A stretch of 64,000 nt of DNA from Lama guanicoe (lineage: Eukaryota), in contig MU057352.1 of assembly GCA_013239625.1 (NCBI GenBank), forward strand, positions 25,436,764 through 25,500,763. Reading direction: 5' to 3'. Both the position numbers and the translations under genes were made by a program. Numbering within the stretch: position 1 is the first letter of the stretch; each line of letters begins with the position of its first letter. Of this stretch, positions 37,700 through 50,830 are shown piece by piece. The notes under the pieces were generated by a model. The model ran no database searches, was not told the DNA's origin, and saw only the letters and a program-made list of their open reading frames with translations.

Positions 37700-40229
37700 T
37701 TTAACACTTCCTTATTCTCTGGCCCTCCGTGATGTTCCAGGTTCCTCTCGTGTATTTACAATCCCTGACGTAGAATCAGCCTGTTCTCTAAGGATCCCTG
37801 GTTCCTTGTATTGGATTTCATGTTAGGTTGTGTTCATTGCTTGATGTGCTTAATATGACTGAGGTGTCATTGCTCCTGGGCGTCCTCTGCTGACAGAGCA
37901 AAGAAATACATATGTGGATTCTAATCTGTGTATATAAACATAGCTGTGTTTATATAGACATCTTATATAATAAGTATCTATATTACGCTAAACAAATTCA
38001 TACTAATGTCTCCATCTCTAATACTTTACCATAGGGATCATTCTAGCCTTTTCGTCTTGTTTATCTGTAGCCTTCCACTCCAAGGACAAAAAACGTGACT
38101 CCCCACCATCTGCCATTCATGACTTCCTTGTTCAGTTACCGTGTACGTATACTGTGGTTCAGGCTGTTCACACATACCTCCAAGAGAAACATCTTTATTA
38201 ATTGAAGTTCAGTGCTTATGTGCAGTTCTTTTTATGTTTAGTCCTACAGAGTCTGCTCAGCTCCAGACCTACTTAGAAAACTACCTGTTGTCCCCTCCTC
38301 CCCCCCGTTTCAGTGAGGTTGTTTCACACTTTTAATACAGCTAGGTTCTTTCATGACAGTCTGATCATGGGATCCCTTGAACTCTTAAATTATTTTTAAA
38401 AATTGTATACGTTAAAGGTTGTGCAGTAAAGTTCCATAGGATTTGACAAATTCACAGGGCCATGGACACACCATTACAGCATCATGCTAGTTTTACCACC
38501 TTAAAAAATCTCCCGGGCTTCGTCTGTTTAACGCCCCCCCCTCTCCTCACTCCCCAGGTAGTATCCTCCCTCCCTTTGCATGCTGTCTGATTTTTAATTG
38601 AATGTTTTATATCATTTCATTTTTATTTCCTTTCTTAGCATATCAATTATATTTGTTTAAATTTTTTGTGTGCTTGCCCTAGAGTTTACAGTATGCATTT
38701 TAAATCAATTTACATCTACCTTCAGATTACACTACAGCACTTCATGTGTAATGCAGGTACCTTAAAACAAAGCACCCTCAGTGACACTGCTGTCATTCAT
38801 TTCAATTATCCTTATTTATAGCCACTGAATACATCATTAACATTGTTGTTCTCAACGGTTAGATCAATTAAGAATAAGAAAAACATTTTATTTAACTTCA
38901 TTTATTCTTTCTCTTAGCTCTTTCTTTCTCTGTATAGATCAAGTTTCTGACCCACATCATTTTCCTTCTTTTTGAAGAACTTAAAAAAAGAACATCTCTT
39001 GCAGAGAAAGTCAACTGGAAATGCAGTTTTTATTTTTCTGAGAAAGTCTTCATTTCTCTTGTGTTTTTGAAGCATATAGAATTTTAGGTTGGTGTTTTTT
39101 TTTCTTTCAACATATTAAATATTTCACTCCATTCTCTTCTTGCTTGCATGGTTTCTGACAAGAAGTACGATGCAATTCTTCCTGTTTCTTTATAGATAAG
39201 TAGTATTCCCATCACCTACCCCCAACTCCCTATTACCCTGTCTTCTATTAAGATCTTCTCTTTGTCTCTGGCTTTCTGCAATTTGAATGACTTACGTAAG
39301 TGTGTTATTTATTTATTTTTTTGTTACTTATTTATTGTATTTACCCTGCTTGGTGTTCTCTGAGTTTCCTGGTTCTGTGGCTTGGTGTCTGTCACTAATT
39401 TTGGAAAATCTTCAGACATTATTATCTCAAAGCTTTCTTCTGCTCGGTTCTCCTTCCCTCTCCTTCTGGTATTCCAATTATGTGTATGTTATACCTTTTG
39501 AAATTGTCCCAGATAGCTTGTTTGCTTTGATCTTCCTTTTCTTTCTTTCTTTCTTTCTTTCATTTTTCTCTTGGCGTTTCAATTTAGGAAGTTTCTATTG
39601 ACCTATATTCAAGCGCACTGATTCTTCCCTTGGCCTTGTTGAATCAATGGATGAGCCCGTCAAAGGCATTCGTTATTTCTGTCAGTGTTTTGAGCTCTAG
39701 CGTGTCTTCTTGATACTTTCTTAGAGTTTCCTTCGATTTATACGGCCCATCTTTTCTTGCATGGTGTCTCCTTTTTGCATTGGAACCTTTGATAGATTAA
39801 TAACAGTTATTTCACGTTCCCTTCCTGATAACTTCAGCATCTGTGTCATAACTGAGTCTGGTTCGAGGATGATTTGCCTCTTCTTTCCTTCTGGGGTGCC
39901 TTGTCATTCTCTATTGAAAACTGCTCATACTGTATCAGGTAATAGAAACAGAAGTGAATGGACCTTTACTAGAAGGATTTTTATGACTCTGGCTATGAGT
40001 TGGGCTATGTTTAGAGTTTGCTGTATGTTATGTACCAGTGGATTCAGATTCCTCTCATGTCTTGTTCTTCTCTCCCCTCTTGAGTTGAGCTCCCCTTATA
40101 AAGAGTCTGGTTCCTGCAGTCCTTTCTGGCAGTTTTTAGCCCACGAACAATATACTGGATTTTTGGTGCGGTGAGAAGGCCTCAGGGGATGGGGCTTTGT
40201 CAATGCTTTAAATCTTCTTTTTGATTTTA

Positions 40230-40391
40230 TTTTTATTTTTATATATTTATTGAAGCATGGTTAGTTTACAATGTTGTGTCAATTTCTGGTGTACAGCACA
40301 GTGCTTCAGTCGTACATGAACATACATATATTTGTTTTCAGATTCTTTTTCACCATAAGTTACTACAAGATATGGAATATAGTTCCCTGTG
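40230..40391 (-). mobile_element. Short L1 3'-end insertion (related, more diverged subfamily)
   Basis: Reverse complement resembles the L1 3' UTR ends above. Perfect 15-bp TSD ttctttttgatttta at 40215-40229 and 40392-40406. Confidence 0.88.
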
Positions 40392-42399
40392 TTCTTTTTG
40401 ATTTTAAAAATATTCTCCCTTTCCACCTTCCATTTCTTTTAAGTTGTTATTTTCTGTGTTTATCTGCTCTATGTTTCCTCTTGTTAAGTCTTCACTTCTG
40501 AAACGTATCTTTCTTATATTTTTATTTCTTTTTTGAGCTCTCTTCCTGAATTTCTCAGTTTTTTTCTAACTCTGATTTAGGTTGTTACTTGATGTCTTGA
40601 ATGACATGAAGGGTTTCAGTTCTTTTTGAAATAGCAGGTTGAAGTTTTGATATATGTTGTAGGCATGTCTTTTTCGAGTGCTTTCATAGCCTTTTGGGAT
40701 ATTCATCTACTTTTTTTTCCATTTACTTTTAATTCTCTTTTTTTCTCATAATAGTTCGGTATGGGATTGCCACCAATACACTTTGTTGCTATTTTTTGTG
40801 TAAAATGAACTTGGCTGAACACTTAGCAAGGGATGTGGTTCCAGATGTGACTCCACAGCGTTCTTTCTTCAGCTCTTTTCACATAGTGTTCAAAACCATG
40901 ATGGCTAGATTCCCTCCCTACTTTCATTTGGACTCTCCATTTTCCTTCCTCACGACTGCTCTCACTGTGAGTAATTTTGATTCCATTCACACAGTTCCCT
41001 CGAGGGCCCTGTCCTGGGAAGGAGGTTTGGCTGGTCATTTTGAGAGTTCATAGTGTCTTGATGGTTCAAGCTCCTCAGACCTTAACTGCAGACCTTTACA
41101 AGCCCCCGTTGTTGGATTGGGCAAAACTCCTCCCACTTTGAATTGCTTTTGCAGTTCATTCCGTGACACTTCTCAGTGCACCTTTTGGCTGTATGGGGGC
41201 TCCTTTGTTCCCAGATGCCCATCTGTTTCTTTCCAGTTCCTCCCACAGAGATGCTGATATCACACCAGTCTCTGGGCTATTGGGAGACTGTCATTACCCA
41301 TCCCCGTTCTGGAATTTGTGGGGCTATCATATAAGCTATTTTTGTTGTAAATATGGTCCTTGAGGGTTTTGGTTTTGCTATCTAGTTGCTCAGATATGTG
41401 GGAATTCTGAGAAATTCAGAAATATGTTACTTCTACCACCATCTTCTTGGGATCCTTTCTGTCCTCTTAATATCCCTGCTAATCTAGACAAGGTCAAGCA
41501 CTGCCATTCCCTGACTGGTAGTTAATTTGAACATCTTTCCTTCACAGACCCATGCTGCAACCTTTCTCCAAAACCTCCAGGGCCTCCTTCCTGCTCCGAG
41601 GGTCAATTCTAAACTCCTGAACATAGCACGTGGACATTGAACTCCTGCTGGCTCACCTCCCTTTTCCACCAAGGTGCCCACCACATCCTCGCACAAATGC
41701 TTCACTTCAGACTCTCCCATTTACTCACCAGGCTGCAAACACAAGGTCGTCTGCTTCTCTGTGCTTTTTCCTGCATTGTTTTCTAAACTGGGAATACCGT
41801 TCCACCCTTTCTCCTTCATCCTACTCAGCTCAAAACGTGACCTTCTCTGCCAGCTTTCCTTAAACCGCCTAGTCAGAATGAATCACTGATTTTGGCACAA
41901 AGCAGTTAAGTAATTAAAAGCACAGACTGTCTCTGTGTTCAAATCCCAGCTCAGTCATTATATAGACGAGAATTAGAATGCTGCCTCACTTATTGGTTGT
42001 TTTTGAGGCTTTATTGAGACAATTTGTGCAAAGGATTTAGCATTTTCCTGGCATATGATAAATGCTCAGTAACTGGAAGCCATTATTAACGTCTCCCTCT
42101 CCCACTAAATTATGTCTTAGAGGATGCAGACTTCCTTTGCAAAATTATGCCATTCTCAGGGGCTAGCAAGTTGCTTTGCCTGTGTTAGACATTGAACTAA
42201 TATTTGTTGATGTTATTTTTAACCACACTAAAGGAGGAAACTCCTGGTAAGTTTAGGGAGAAGGGAATTTATCTAAGAAAAGAGCCAGGGGTTACCTTAC
42301 AGTGCAGGAGACAGCAAAAAACACGGCCAATGGACTAATCTTGTACTAGGTTCAAATGCCGGCTCTGGCACCTGTCATTTGTATGCTTTGCCTGTGTCT

Positions 42400-42615
42400 A
42401 CTAGAGTGTTAAAGAGTCCCGGCTCTGGGGCAAGACTTCCTCAGTTTGAATCCAGGCTGTAACATTTTTCAACTGTGAGACCTTGAACGACTTATTTCAT
42501 TTCTCTGAGCCTCAGTTCTCTCCTCTTTAAAATGGGGATAATAACAGGACCTACGTCATAGGGTTGCCATGAGTTATTGTGTGTAAAGTATCTGGAACAG
42601 TGACTGGCCACAGAT
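42400..42615 (+). mobile_element. MIR SINE
   Basis: ctctgagcctcagttctctcctctttaaaatggggataataacaggacctacgtcatagggttg. Confidence 0.85.
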
Positions 42616-43004
42616 GGGTGTTTGCATTAAAGTGCCAATTTTGCTGCCCCCGGAAGTTGTGATGCTGTATCTTATGAACAACAAAGAGGTAATTAACAAC
42701 GGAGCAAGTTAGTGGTAACGGAAGAACTGAAACCTACTTTCTGCATTCGTGGGTGCGATGTCAAATAAGAGGGAAGCCTATTTTGGCCTGGGTTGTTGTC
42801 TTTATTAAGATGGGGAAAAAGCTCTTGCTTTAGCAGAGCAATGAGAATATTATGTGGAGTGGGACAACCAGAATAGACACTGATGTCAGCAAACATTTTG
42901 GTATGAATCTTGGATCTGGTTATTTTAAATTCTGATCCCTGGAAAAGGTCAGCTGGCTCCAGGCGAGGGCCCATCAGCTCACAAAAACATTTCCCTTGAT
43001 AACT

Positions 43005-43171
43005 NNNNNNNNNNNNNNNNNNNNNNNNNNNNNNNNNNNNNNNNNNNNNNNNNNNNNNNNNNNNNNNNNNNNNNNNNNNNNNNNNNNNNNNNNNNNNNNN
43101 NNNNNNNNNNNNNNNNNNNNNNNNNNNNNNNNNNNNNNNNNNNNNNNNNNNNNNNNNNNNNNNNNNNNNNN
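43005..43171 (-). other. ADCY8: 167-nt N gap, predicted to hide ADCY8 ~exon 9 (YSQMRDEVFK...LPSSR, about 100 nt)
   Basis: The exon was not found in called sequence. The left flank ...gataact|N reads N|agttatc on the minus strand, as expected for the tail of a gt(a/g)agt donor. Confidence 0.55.
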
Positions 43172-45834
43172 GAGTTGGACTTTTGGAAGAGTTAAGTTTT
43201 ACCAGCGTTTGGCTTTGAGGGGAAACATCAAGAAGAGACTAGGTATTTTATATATATATATATTTAACTAAGAGGAATCCATTAATAAACCCTTTATAGA
43301 GCATTGTCTCCATCCATCCCACCAATCCTCCAGTGAGAGCCCAGGGGCAAATATGATTCCCTTCACAGTAACAGGGAAGGGGAGAGGGACTTCGCATGAG
43401 CTCATAAACCAGTTCTCCTCCTCCCTCTAAACTAACGTCATTTTAACAAAACACAAGAGCGCACATCCATTTACGCAGCAAATCAAATTCACATTGACTT
43501 TCTTCATGAGTAAACGTTAACACATTTAAGGATCTTGCTCTATTTCTTGTTAGATTTGGGGACCCAAGGAAATGGCTTACCAGAGAGTCTCCTTTTTCAT
43601 AAAAACTATTGAAAAATAAATTCATCGAATCTCAGAATAGAAAGCAGACAAAGAAATCTCCAGCAAGGGCAGCCCTTTCATTTCACATGAGAGAAACCAA
43701 GAGATCGGCCAATATGCTTGACTGCCCTTCTGCTGTCTGCTTGAGGTGGCCCTGGGGAATGGTGGTAACTTTATTTTGATTATCCAGAGTACTCAGTAAT
43801 TTCATTGCCCAGCCTTAAAAGCTCCTGGAAGGTCAGCGCTGAATGTGTATGTACTTGCCTTAGTCCTGCCTGGTTTCCTGAACCATCTTTGAGTCACTAA
43901 ACCAAGGGAGAGTCCAATTTCTTCACAAGGAAGGAAAGATTTTTTAAAACTGAGAAAGATCTTAAAGTCAGCCTGAATCAAGTCCCTCTTTTTACTTCAA
44001 TGCCAGAGAGGTCTAGTGACTTGTCACAAATGATGTTGCACAGAACATTTTTGGGGCTGGGACCTGAAAGCTAAGCCTGGCTCTGGAACTTTATGATCTC
44101 TGATTTGAATTTCACAGTTATTTTATAAAGGAAGCTGGTAAATAGAGCTCTCACAGCATCTCAGGCTCTCTGCTCCTAATTCCAAGAGAAGTCTGTGGTC
44201 AGATCAGTGAAATGATAAAATTAGTCCAACCTGCTGTTGGTATGGGAGGCACAATCAGTGGTTACATGATTTTTATCCTCTTGCCTACTTCTTGGTGTGG
44301 TCTGGATTTTAGACTCAACTCACTGCTCAACATCATGGCTCTGATTTGGAGAATGACAGTGACCTGTAACTGGTGAGCGACATGGGGGAAGCGCAGTGCT
44401 GCTCAGAGACTGCACATTCATCGCTGTTGCAGGGCAATGCTTTTTCTGCTCCCTGGAGTCGAGGCCTCCGTCTACTTGCTGACAATCTGCTCAGTATCTA
44501 GAGGGCAACTGGGAACACGCCCCTGAAGCATCACTACAGCCATCCTCAGTCCTGATAAAACTGCACAAAATCCCTGTTACTGTCAGTTCTCAAGAGCGCT
44601 GCCCAAGAACAGGGTGCCGTCATAGAGACCTACACATACCAGCGCGAAAATGAATGAGTTAGCCACAAAGCAGGTAACTCAAGGAAAGGTCAACGTCTGA
44701 ATTCCTTCTAACAACCAAGTGCACAAGATCTAATTATTCTTTCTTGGCTGACTAATTTCAAACCAGCTTGCTTATATAGATTTGATAATGAAATTTAAAA
44801 ACAACAGTAATAAGTTTTCATGTAAGTAATTTCTCTCTTGTTCCTTTTCTTCATCTTCATCTTCATCATTAGCATCCTCCTCATCACCCCATCATCACTA
44901 CCATCATCACAGCATCTTGGAGTCATAATGGACCCCTGCCGTCAGGAATCCTTTCCGCAACGTTCCTGATGTCCACTCAAACGCCTGCTGATTAGCATCA
45001 GAAAACCTTTTCTGCTTTGTTGGTGGAAGCGGGTTTCTTTTCTCTGAGCTGGGGCGGGGCACCCTAGAGTTTCAAACACCCTCAAGTGGAACGTGGCCAG
45101 TGCCCGAGAGCTCATTCTTTCGCAAAGGATTTCTTTCCCACTGGGGCTCACTCTCACTGTGAAAAGGTCCTTTCCTGTAGATCCCAAGCCTGCGTCTCTG
45201 ACTCCTCTCTTCAACGTTTTTACTGATCTCACATATTCATCATCTGTCCAGACAAAAATGCATACGGTTTTATGTTATTCATTTTATTCGGATGGCAAGC
45301 TGGTTGGTGACAAAGTAGGAAGACATACTTTGCCTTCAGGTCTTCTACTCTGTTTCACTGTGTGCAAAGCCAGTGCCTTTTAACCTCTCTGCCAAATGGG
45401 GGGATTAATACCATCCATAGGTTTTGCAATGCTATTCCATCTTATTGTATTTTATTATGTTAGAATTTAATAATAAATTCTATTATTTTTATGTTTGAAC
45501 TCCAGTGCCTATCAGAGTCCCATGAAGAAAGAACCTTACTATTTTTGTGAAGATGACATCAATCAAATACAAAATTCTGGATTTCATAATGGAGTGCATT
45601 GTAACTTTGGAAATGCAAAGGAGACAGAATTATGGAAAGGAAGTTCTTAATTGGCTCAGGATGACAGGGTACAAAGACTGAGTGGTGATTCATTTCACTT
45701 CCTCTTAACTTGTGAAGGTCTGAGCACTCTGGTTCACAGCTATATTAAGGCATACGTAGTCTCCTTCCTGCCATAGTAAGGCTCGTTAGCTGGCCTCTGT
45801 CCTGTCCTTACTTGGCCCCACTTATTCTTTCACA

Positions 45835-46060
45835 TCTCAGTGGTGAGCATGGGCTAATCTAGAGCTAGGCTGCCTGGATCCGAAGCTCAGCTCCAGCACG
45901 TACTAGCTATGTAAACTTGGGCTAAGTGACTAAGTCTTCTGTGCCAGTTTTCTCATTCAGAAAATGAGCGTAATAGTAAAAGCTATCTCTTGTTGGGGGG
46001 ATGAAATGAGTTCATACATGCAAAATACTTACTGTAGTGCTTATAGCACATGATCACCTT
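45835..46060 (+). mobile_element. MIR SINE (more than a dozen further degraded MIRs occur across the window and are not listed)
   Basis: ggctgcctggatccgaagctcagctccagcacgtactagctatgtaaacttgggctaagtgact. Confidence 0.78.
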
Positions 46061-46778
46061 ACACAGTCAATTTTCTATGGTCAATTTTCTATAATCAGTT
46101 TCCTATATTCAATTAATTACGTATTTTGTTGCTATACTTGTTACCTTTTTGAAGCCAGCTTTTCAATCACAGTGCTGCCTTCTAGAATGCTGTCTGCTAT
46201 TTCTCTGTACAATATTATGCCTTGTACTCAGTAGGGTCTCCTAAAATGTTGCTGGCTGATTGGTTAACCATGCTATGAAGAATTCTCTTAAGGGGAATTA
46301 TAATCTTGCATGTGGTCTTTTGTCTTAGGAAAAGATTTTGTCCTTATTCATTCCCTTGCTTCCTAAAAGATCCTCTACCAATGAGTGGAATTCTCCACTT
46401 CTCCAGGGACCTATAGGAAAGGTGTCCTTGGAAATGACCACTGGGCCCTTATACCTCACTGAGTCCTTGGTCTAGAAGAGAACTTGGCTACATATATGTA
46501 TGTATATATATAAAACTAATGAGAAATTTAAGAACCAGATATGGGGAAGAGCTGATCAAGGTCAATTAAGTGGTTGGTGGACTAGTTCAGATGAGAAGCC
46601 ACATCTCTTGGCTCCTGATGGCGTATTCGTTCCATTAGACCCCTGTCTTTGGGCAGGAAATGCCTGAGCACAGCAACTGAACCAACTCTAAATGGGATTT
46701 ATGCTAATTAAAAAGGCCATGCCACTTGGGACAAATTATAAATGCTTCCTTTGAGAGCTTAGATTAAAATTTTGATTA

Positions 46779-47131
46779 TAGTCAGCCATCAATATCCATG
46801 GGCTCCACGTGAATAGATTCAACCAACCACAAATAAAAAAAATCCATGAAAAAATGCCCAAGAAGTCCCCAAAAGCAATACTTGAACTTGCCACTCCCCA
46901 GCATAGTATTTACACTGTATTTGCAGCTATTTACATAGCATTTATATTGAATTGGGTGTCATATGTAACTTAGAGATGATCTGAAGTATACAAGAGGATG
47001 TGTGCAGATTATATGCAAATGCTCCATCATTTTATTTAAAGTATTTGAGTATCTGTGGATTTCAGTATCCACAGGGCAGGGGTGTGTATGTGTGCTGGAG
47101 CCAATGCCCTGCTGCTACAGAGGGACAACTG
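46779..47131. mobile_element. MER2-family (TcMar-Tigger) non-autonomous DNA transposon
   Basis: Degenerate TIRs tagtcagccatcaatatcc / ctacagagggacaactg after a TA. Internal ggatgtgtgcagattatatgcaaat and ttcaaccaacc motifs. Confidence 0.8.
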
Positions 47132-49139
47132 TCTTATTATTTTTCAATCTGTAGGCTTTGGGTGATTCAGGAAATGGTCCAAATCTAGTGCAACAAATCG
47201 AATAACAGTGAGTATTGTCTAGTGCAAGGTAGGCGATAGGCTACATGCTTTATGTAGATGATTTCATTTAATTATCACAGCAACACTTTAAAGAAGATCC
47301 TATTTATCATATCCCCATTTTGCAGATAATGAAACTGAAATGAGGATAACTGAGTAATTCAACCGGGACTTCCCAGATTGTAAGTAGAGGATCCAGAGAG
47401 TTTGACCCCAGTGTGTAAAGTCTCATTGGCGGCACTCTCTGGGGCAACTTTGCTATTTTCAAGGTACAATCATCTTCATAAGGTGCATGACCATGTGTCT
47501 TGGTGTATTTCAGTGATGTGGTTTACAATACAAAGAAAAAAATGTGTTAAAAATTTGAGCTTATGTAAATCTTTGTTAGAATGAAAGTGAAGCATGAGCT
47601 GAGCAAAGAATGGACCTCAGAAACACCCATGAATTAGTCTAATACATTGGCACTGCTTCCCATACCCTGGGATACAAGACACATTAGGATTGCTCCCTCC
47701 CACCATTTTTAATGAAGTAGTTTCTCTAAAGAAGCTCTAGAAGTGTAAGATTTATTTTCAGTGAGGGTTTAGCCTCACCCAGAACTGTACTGGCATAGGG
47801 TTAATTGGAAGGAGAGGGAAAAGAATAACTACTGCATTTATTCACAGGTTTATTATGTGAGTATTATGTCACCTAATTTTCACAGCAGTCCAGTGAGGGC
47901 AGGTAATATGATCACTGTCATCTCCCTGAGATCAAACACCTTATCCTGTATCACTCAGCCCGTATCTGGCAGGAACTGGGTTCCAGTCATGTCTACTGAG
48001 TAATCAAGGCTATGTTCCTTCCTCTGTCTTTTAGAGAAAACCAAACACTTGTGAGATAAATGAAGCTTTTGCAGGTGTGTGGGTGTCTAGCTGAGTGATG
48101 GAATGCTATCAATTTGTCGGTATCCAATAATGATCCACAAATCAATCAACCCTTCACTGCACCCACATCTATTTCCAAAGTGGGATTTGAATCAAGCTTT
48201 GTTTGACCCCAGAGCCTGAGCTCCTGGGGCCATTGTGAGGCTTAAGGAGACATTCCTTCTAGGTCTGTCTGAGGCCATGTTGGCCTTCAGTATGGACCTG
48301 GGAACTTCTGATGTGACCTGATCTCTCAAGGCATGAGGCAAGTGATTAACCCAAGTCCCAGGATGCAGCCAAGGACAGAGAAAGGTGACGACAACTCAGG
48401 ACGCCAGAATCCCAGAAGGGTTTTCTCAGATGGTAGGTCCCCCTGCAAAATCAGGATCTTGAGGGCAGAGTGATGGTCAGGTACTTGCATTTTAAACAAG
48501 ATCCTCAAGTTTGAAAACTGTTAGCCTAGGACAAAGAGGCTTTTTATGGCTTAAATTGGTAACGGTGACAAAGGAAGCCTTGATTTCTCGAAGAAAGAAG
48601 TCTCACAATTTAACAGAAAGATATCAGCATTAAAAGAAGGAAGGAAATCTAATTGTCATTGATATGGTTTGATTTTAGGACTTAGCCCACTAGAATGCCC
48701 ACATCAAAACATAAGTTTCAATTTTGAAGCATATATTAAACTTATCTTAATCTTTATTCAAGATGAGGAAGTTGCCTCATTCTGAGGTGGTCACTTTGTT
48801 TTTGAAATACCAGGCTAAGTGAAGTCACTCCAAGTAAGGGTGTTTCTATGTTATTAAGCTCTCCTAAGGCACTAAAGGTTTTGGATTGGTTTCTCTGGCC
48901 TGGAAACATCCATAAGTAATTATAATTAATTGCCTTCCCCATCCTAAGCTTCATTCTGAGCCTTGTTCTAGAAGAGAAATAAAGGCCAGAAGCTGAGAAA
49001 TACCATCTTCTTGTAAGTGTTCTGGGGTTAAGCTCTTCATGATATAAAGAACACTCGCAAATCAATAAGACAGAGGTGCTCAGCACAATAAAAGATGACG
49101 ATTAAGACAAATGTTCAAATCACACAATTAAGATAAATG

Positions 49140-49810
49140 TACAGATTGCACAATCAAGAGGAATGTGCAAATCACAAAATAAATACAAAGACCAAAGTAT
49201 AGAAAACATATATAGAAAGACATTCGACCTCAATAATAATTTTACAAAAAATTACAGGATGAGGCTACCTGTTTCCTATCAAGTTGGCAATTTAAAAAAA
49301 AATACAGGCACAATTTTTGGGAGTGATTTTAGAATGCACCTTGATTATTTTAAAATGTGCATTCTCTTATACTTATTTTTACAGTTTTATCCTAAGAAGA
49401 TAATTAACCACATGGATATATGATTTACTATGACAATGGTCATTGCCATGTAGTCTATAATTTATAACAGTGAAAAACTGAGGGGGAAAAAGCCAAAAAT
49501 GGTTGAAACATTTAATAGAATAGTACGCAGTTGCCGAAGTTATTTTGTAACTGAATATTTAATATGTGGGAAAAAGCTCAAGCAAAGAATGTAGAAAAGG
49601 GTCCCATTTTAATAGAGAAATTGCATAGATAAATATAAGGAATTGCACTCATGAAAGACCAGCATGGCAGATGCCACAATGTTAACAGTGGTTACCCTGG
49701 GTTGTAAGGTCACAGGAGATGCCATTTTCTTCTTTTTGCCTTATATGCTTGGTGGAAGCTTTTGGTAGTGAAAATGCATTATTTTTTTTTAGGAAGAAAA
49801 GACATACATA
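49140..49810 (+). mobile_element. Degraded L1ME-like fragment
   Basis: A-rich remnants (cctatcaagttggcaa, tttatcctaagaagataat, aatgttaacagtggttaccctggg). Confidence 0.5.
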
Positions 49811-50556
49811 ATAAAAGGAAAAAATCCAATGTGATTGACAGTGTTTGACAAATATGTCATGTTTTCTGCATCTCTTTACCACAGTTCTAATTTCTGTTTG
49901 CCCCTGAGATCTGTAAGCTCCCTTAGGAAATTTTAGCTGGAGATGAAAGAAGGGCAGTGGGTTCTTCTGTGAAATCTGGGAGGAACTGGAGAGGACCTTT
50001 GATGATTGGATTAGGTCCCCCTGCCCCACCTGGGATCTTCCCAGAAACCTCAGGTGGTTGCAGGGAAGTGAAGAGGTTGAGAATCACTAATCCTAACCTG
50101 GCTGAGGCCCAAGCCTTGGATCATATAACTTGCCACCCGTGTGATATTTGAGTGAAAGGATGTGCTATTAATAATTACATTGAGAAAATGGATGTAAGCC
50201 AGGACCATCTCAGGCAAACCAGGACATGTGTTCATCATGACCATAGGGAATGCAGCCTCATAGCACCGACTGCTGAAGGCTGTTAGGAGCTGTCCAACGA
50301 TCTCATCTCACAGATGAGAAAAGCCGGGAACAGAGAGGGAACATGTGCTGCCCAAATTTGGCTAAGACACACGAGTCATGAGCAGGCTTTCCTGAAGCGT
50401 AACTCTAAAGAGTCCTCTGTGTGTATGTGTGTGACCCACCATGAAAGGACACAGCAAGGAGCGAGCAGAACTTCAGTTTTCTCTCCTGAAAGTCCACTGC
50501 CAAGAGTCAAACCAAAACCAACCCATGTCTTTCGGTTCTTAGAATTCACAAAAAAT

Positions 50557-50830
50557 ATCAGACTCCTAGACATAGAATACAAACTTGTGGTTGCCAAGGG
50601 GGCGGAGGGTGGGAAGGGATAGATGGAATTTCAAGACTGTAGAATAAATAAACAAGATTATAGTGTAAAGCACACGGAAACATACACATGATCTTATGGT
50701 AGCTCACAGAGGAAAAAAATGTGACAATGAATAGATATATGTTCATGTATAACTGAAAAATTGTGCTCCACACTGGAATTTGACACAACATTGTAAAATG
50801 ATTATAAATCAATAAAAAGTGTAAAAAAAA
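50557..50830 (+). mobile_element. Young L1 3' UTR fragment
   Basis: Matches 600-870 and 4490-4765 (cagactcctagacatagaatacaaacttgtggttgccaagggg...aataaaaa, A-tail). No clear TSD. Confidence 0.9.

Larger units (their letters stand above)
35900..41450 (-). mobile_element. Large mosaic of old, degraded L1M fragments
   Basis: T-rich strand with typical L1M phrases (ttctgagaaagtcttcatttctc, tatttcactccattctcttcttgcttgcatggtttctga, aagatcttctctttgtctctgg). No intact ORF; boundaries approximate. Confidence 0.7.
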
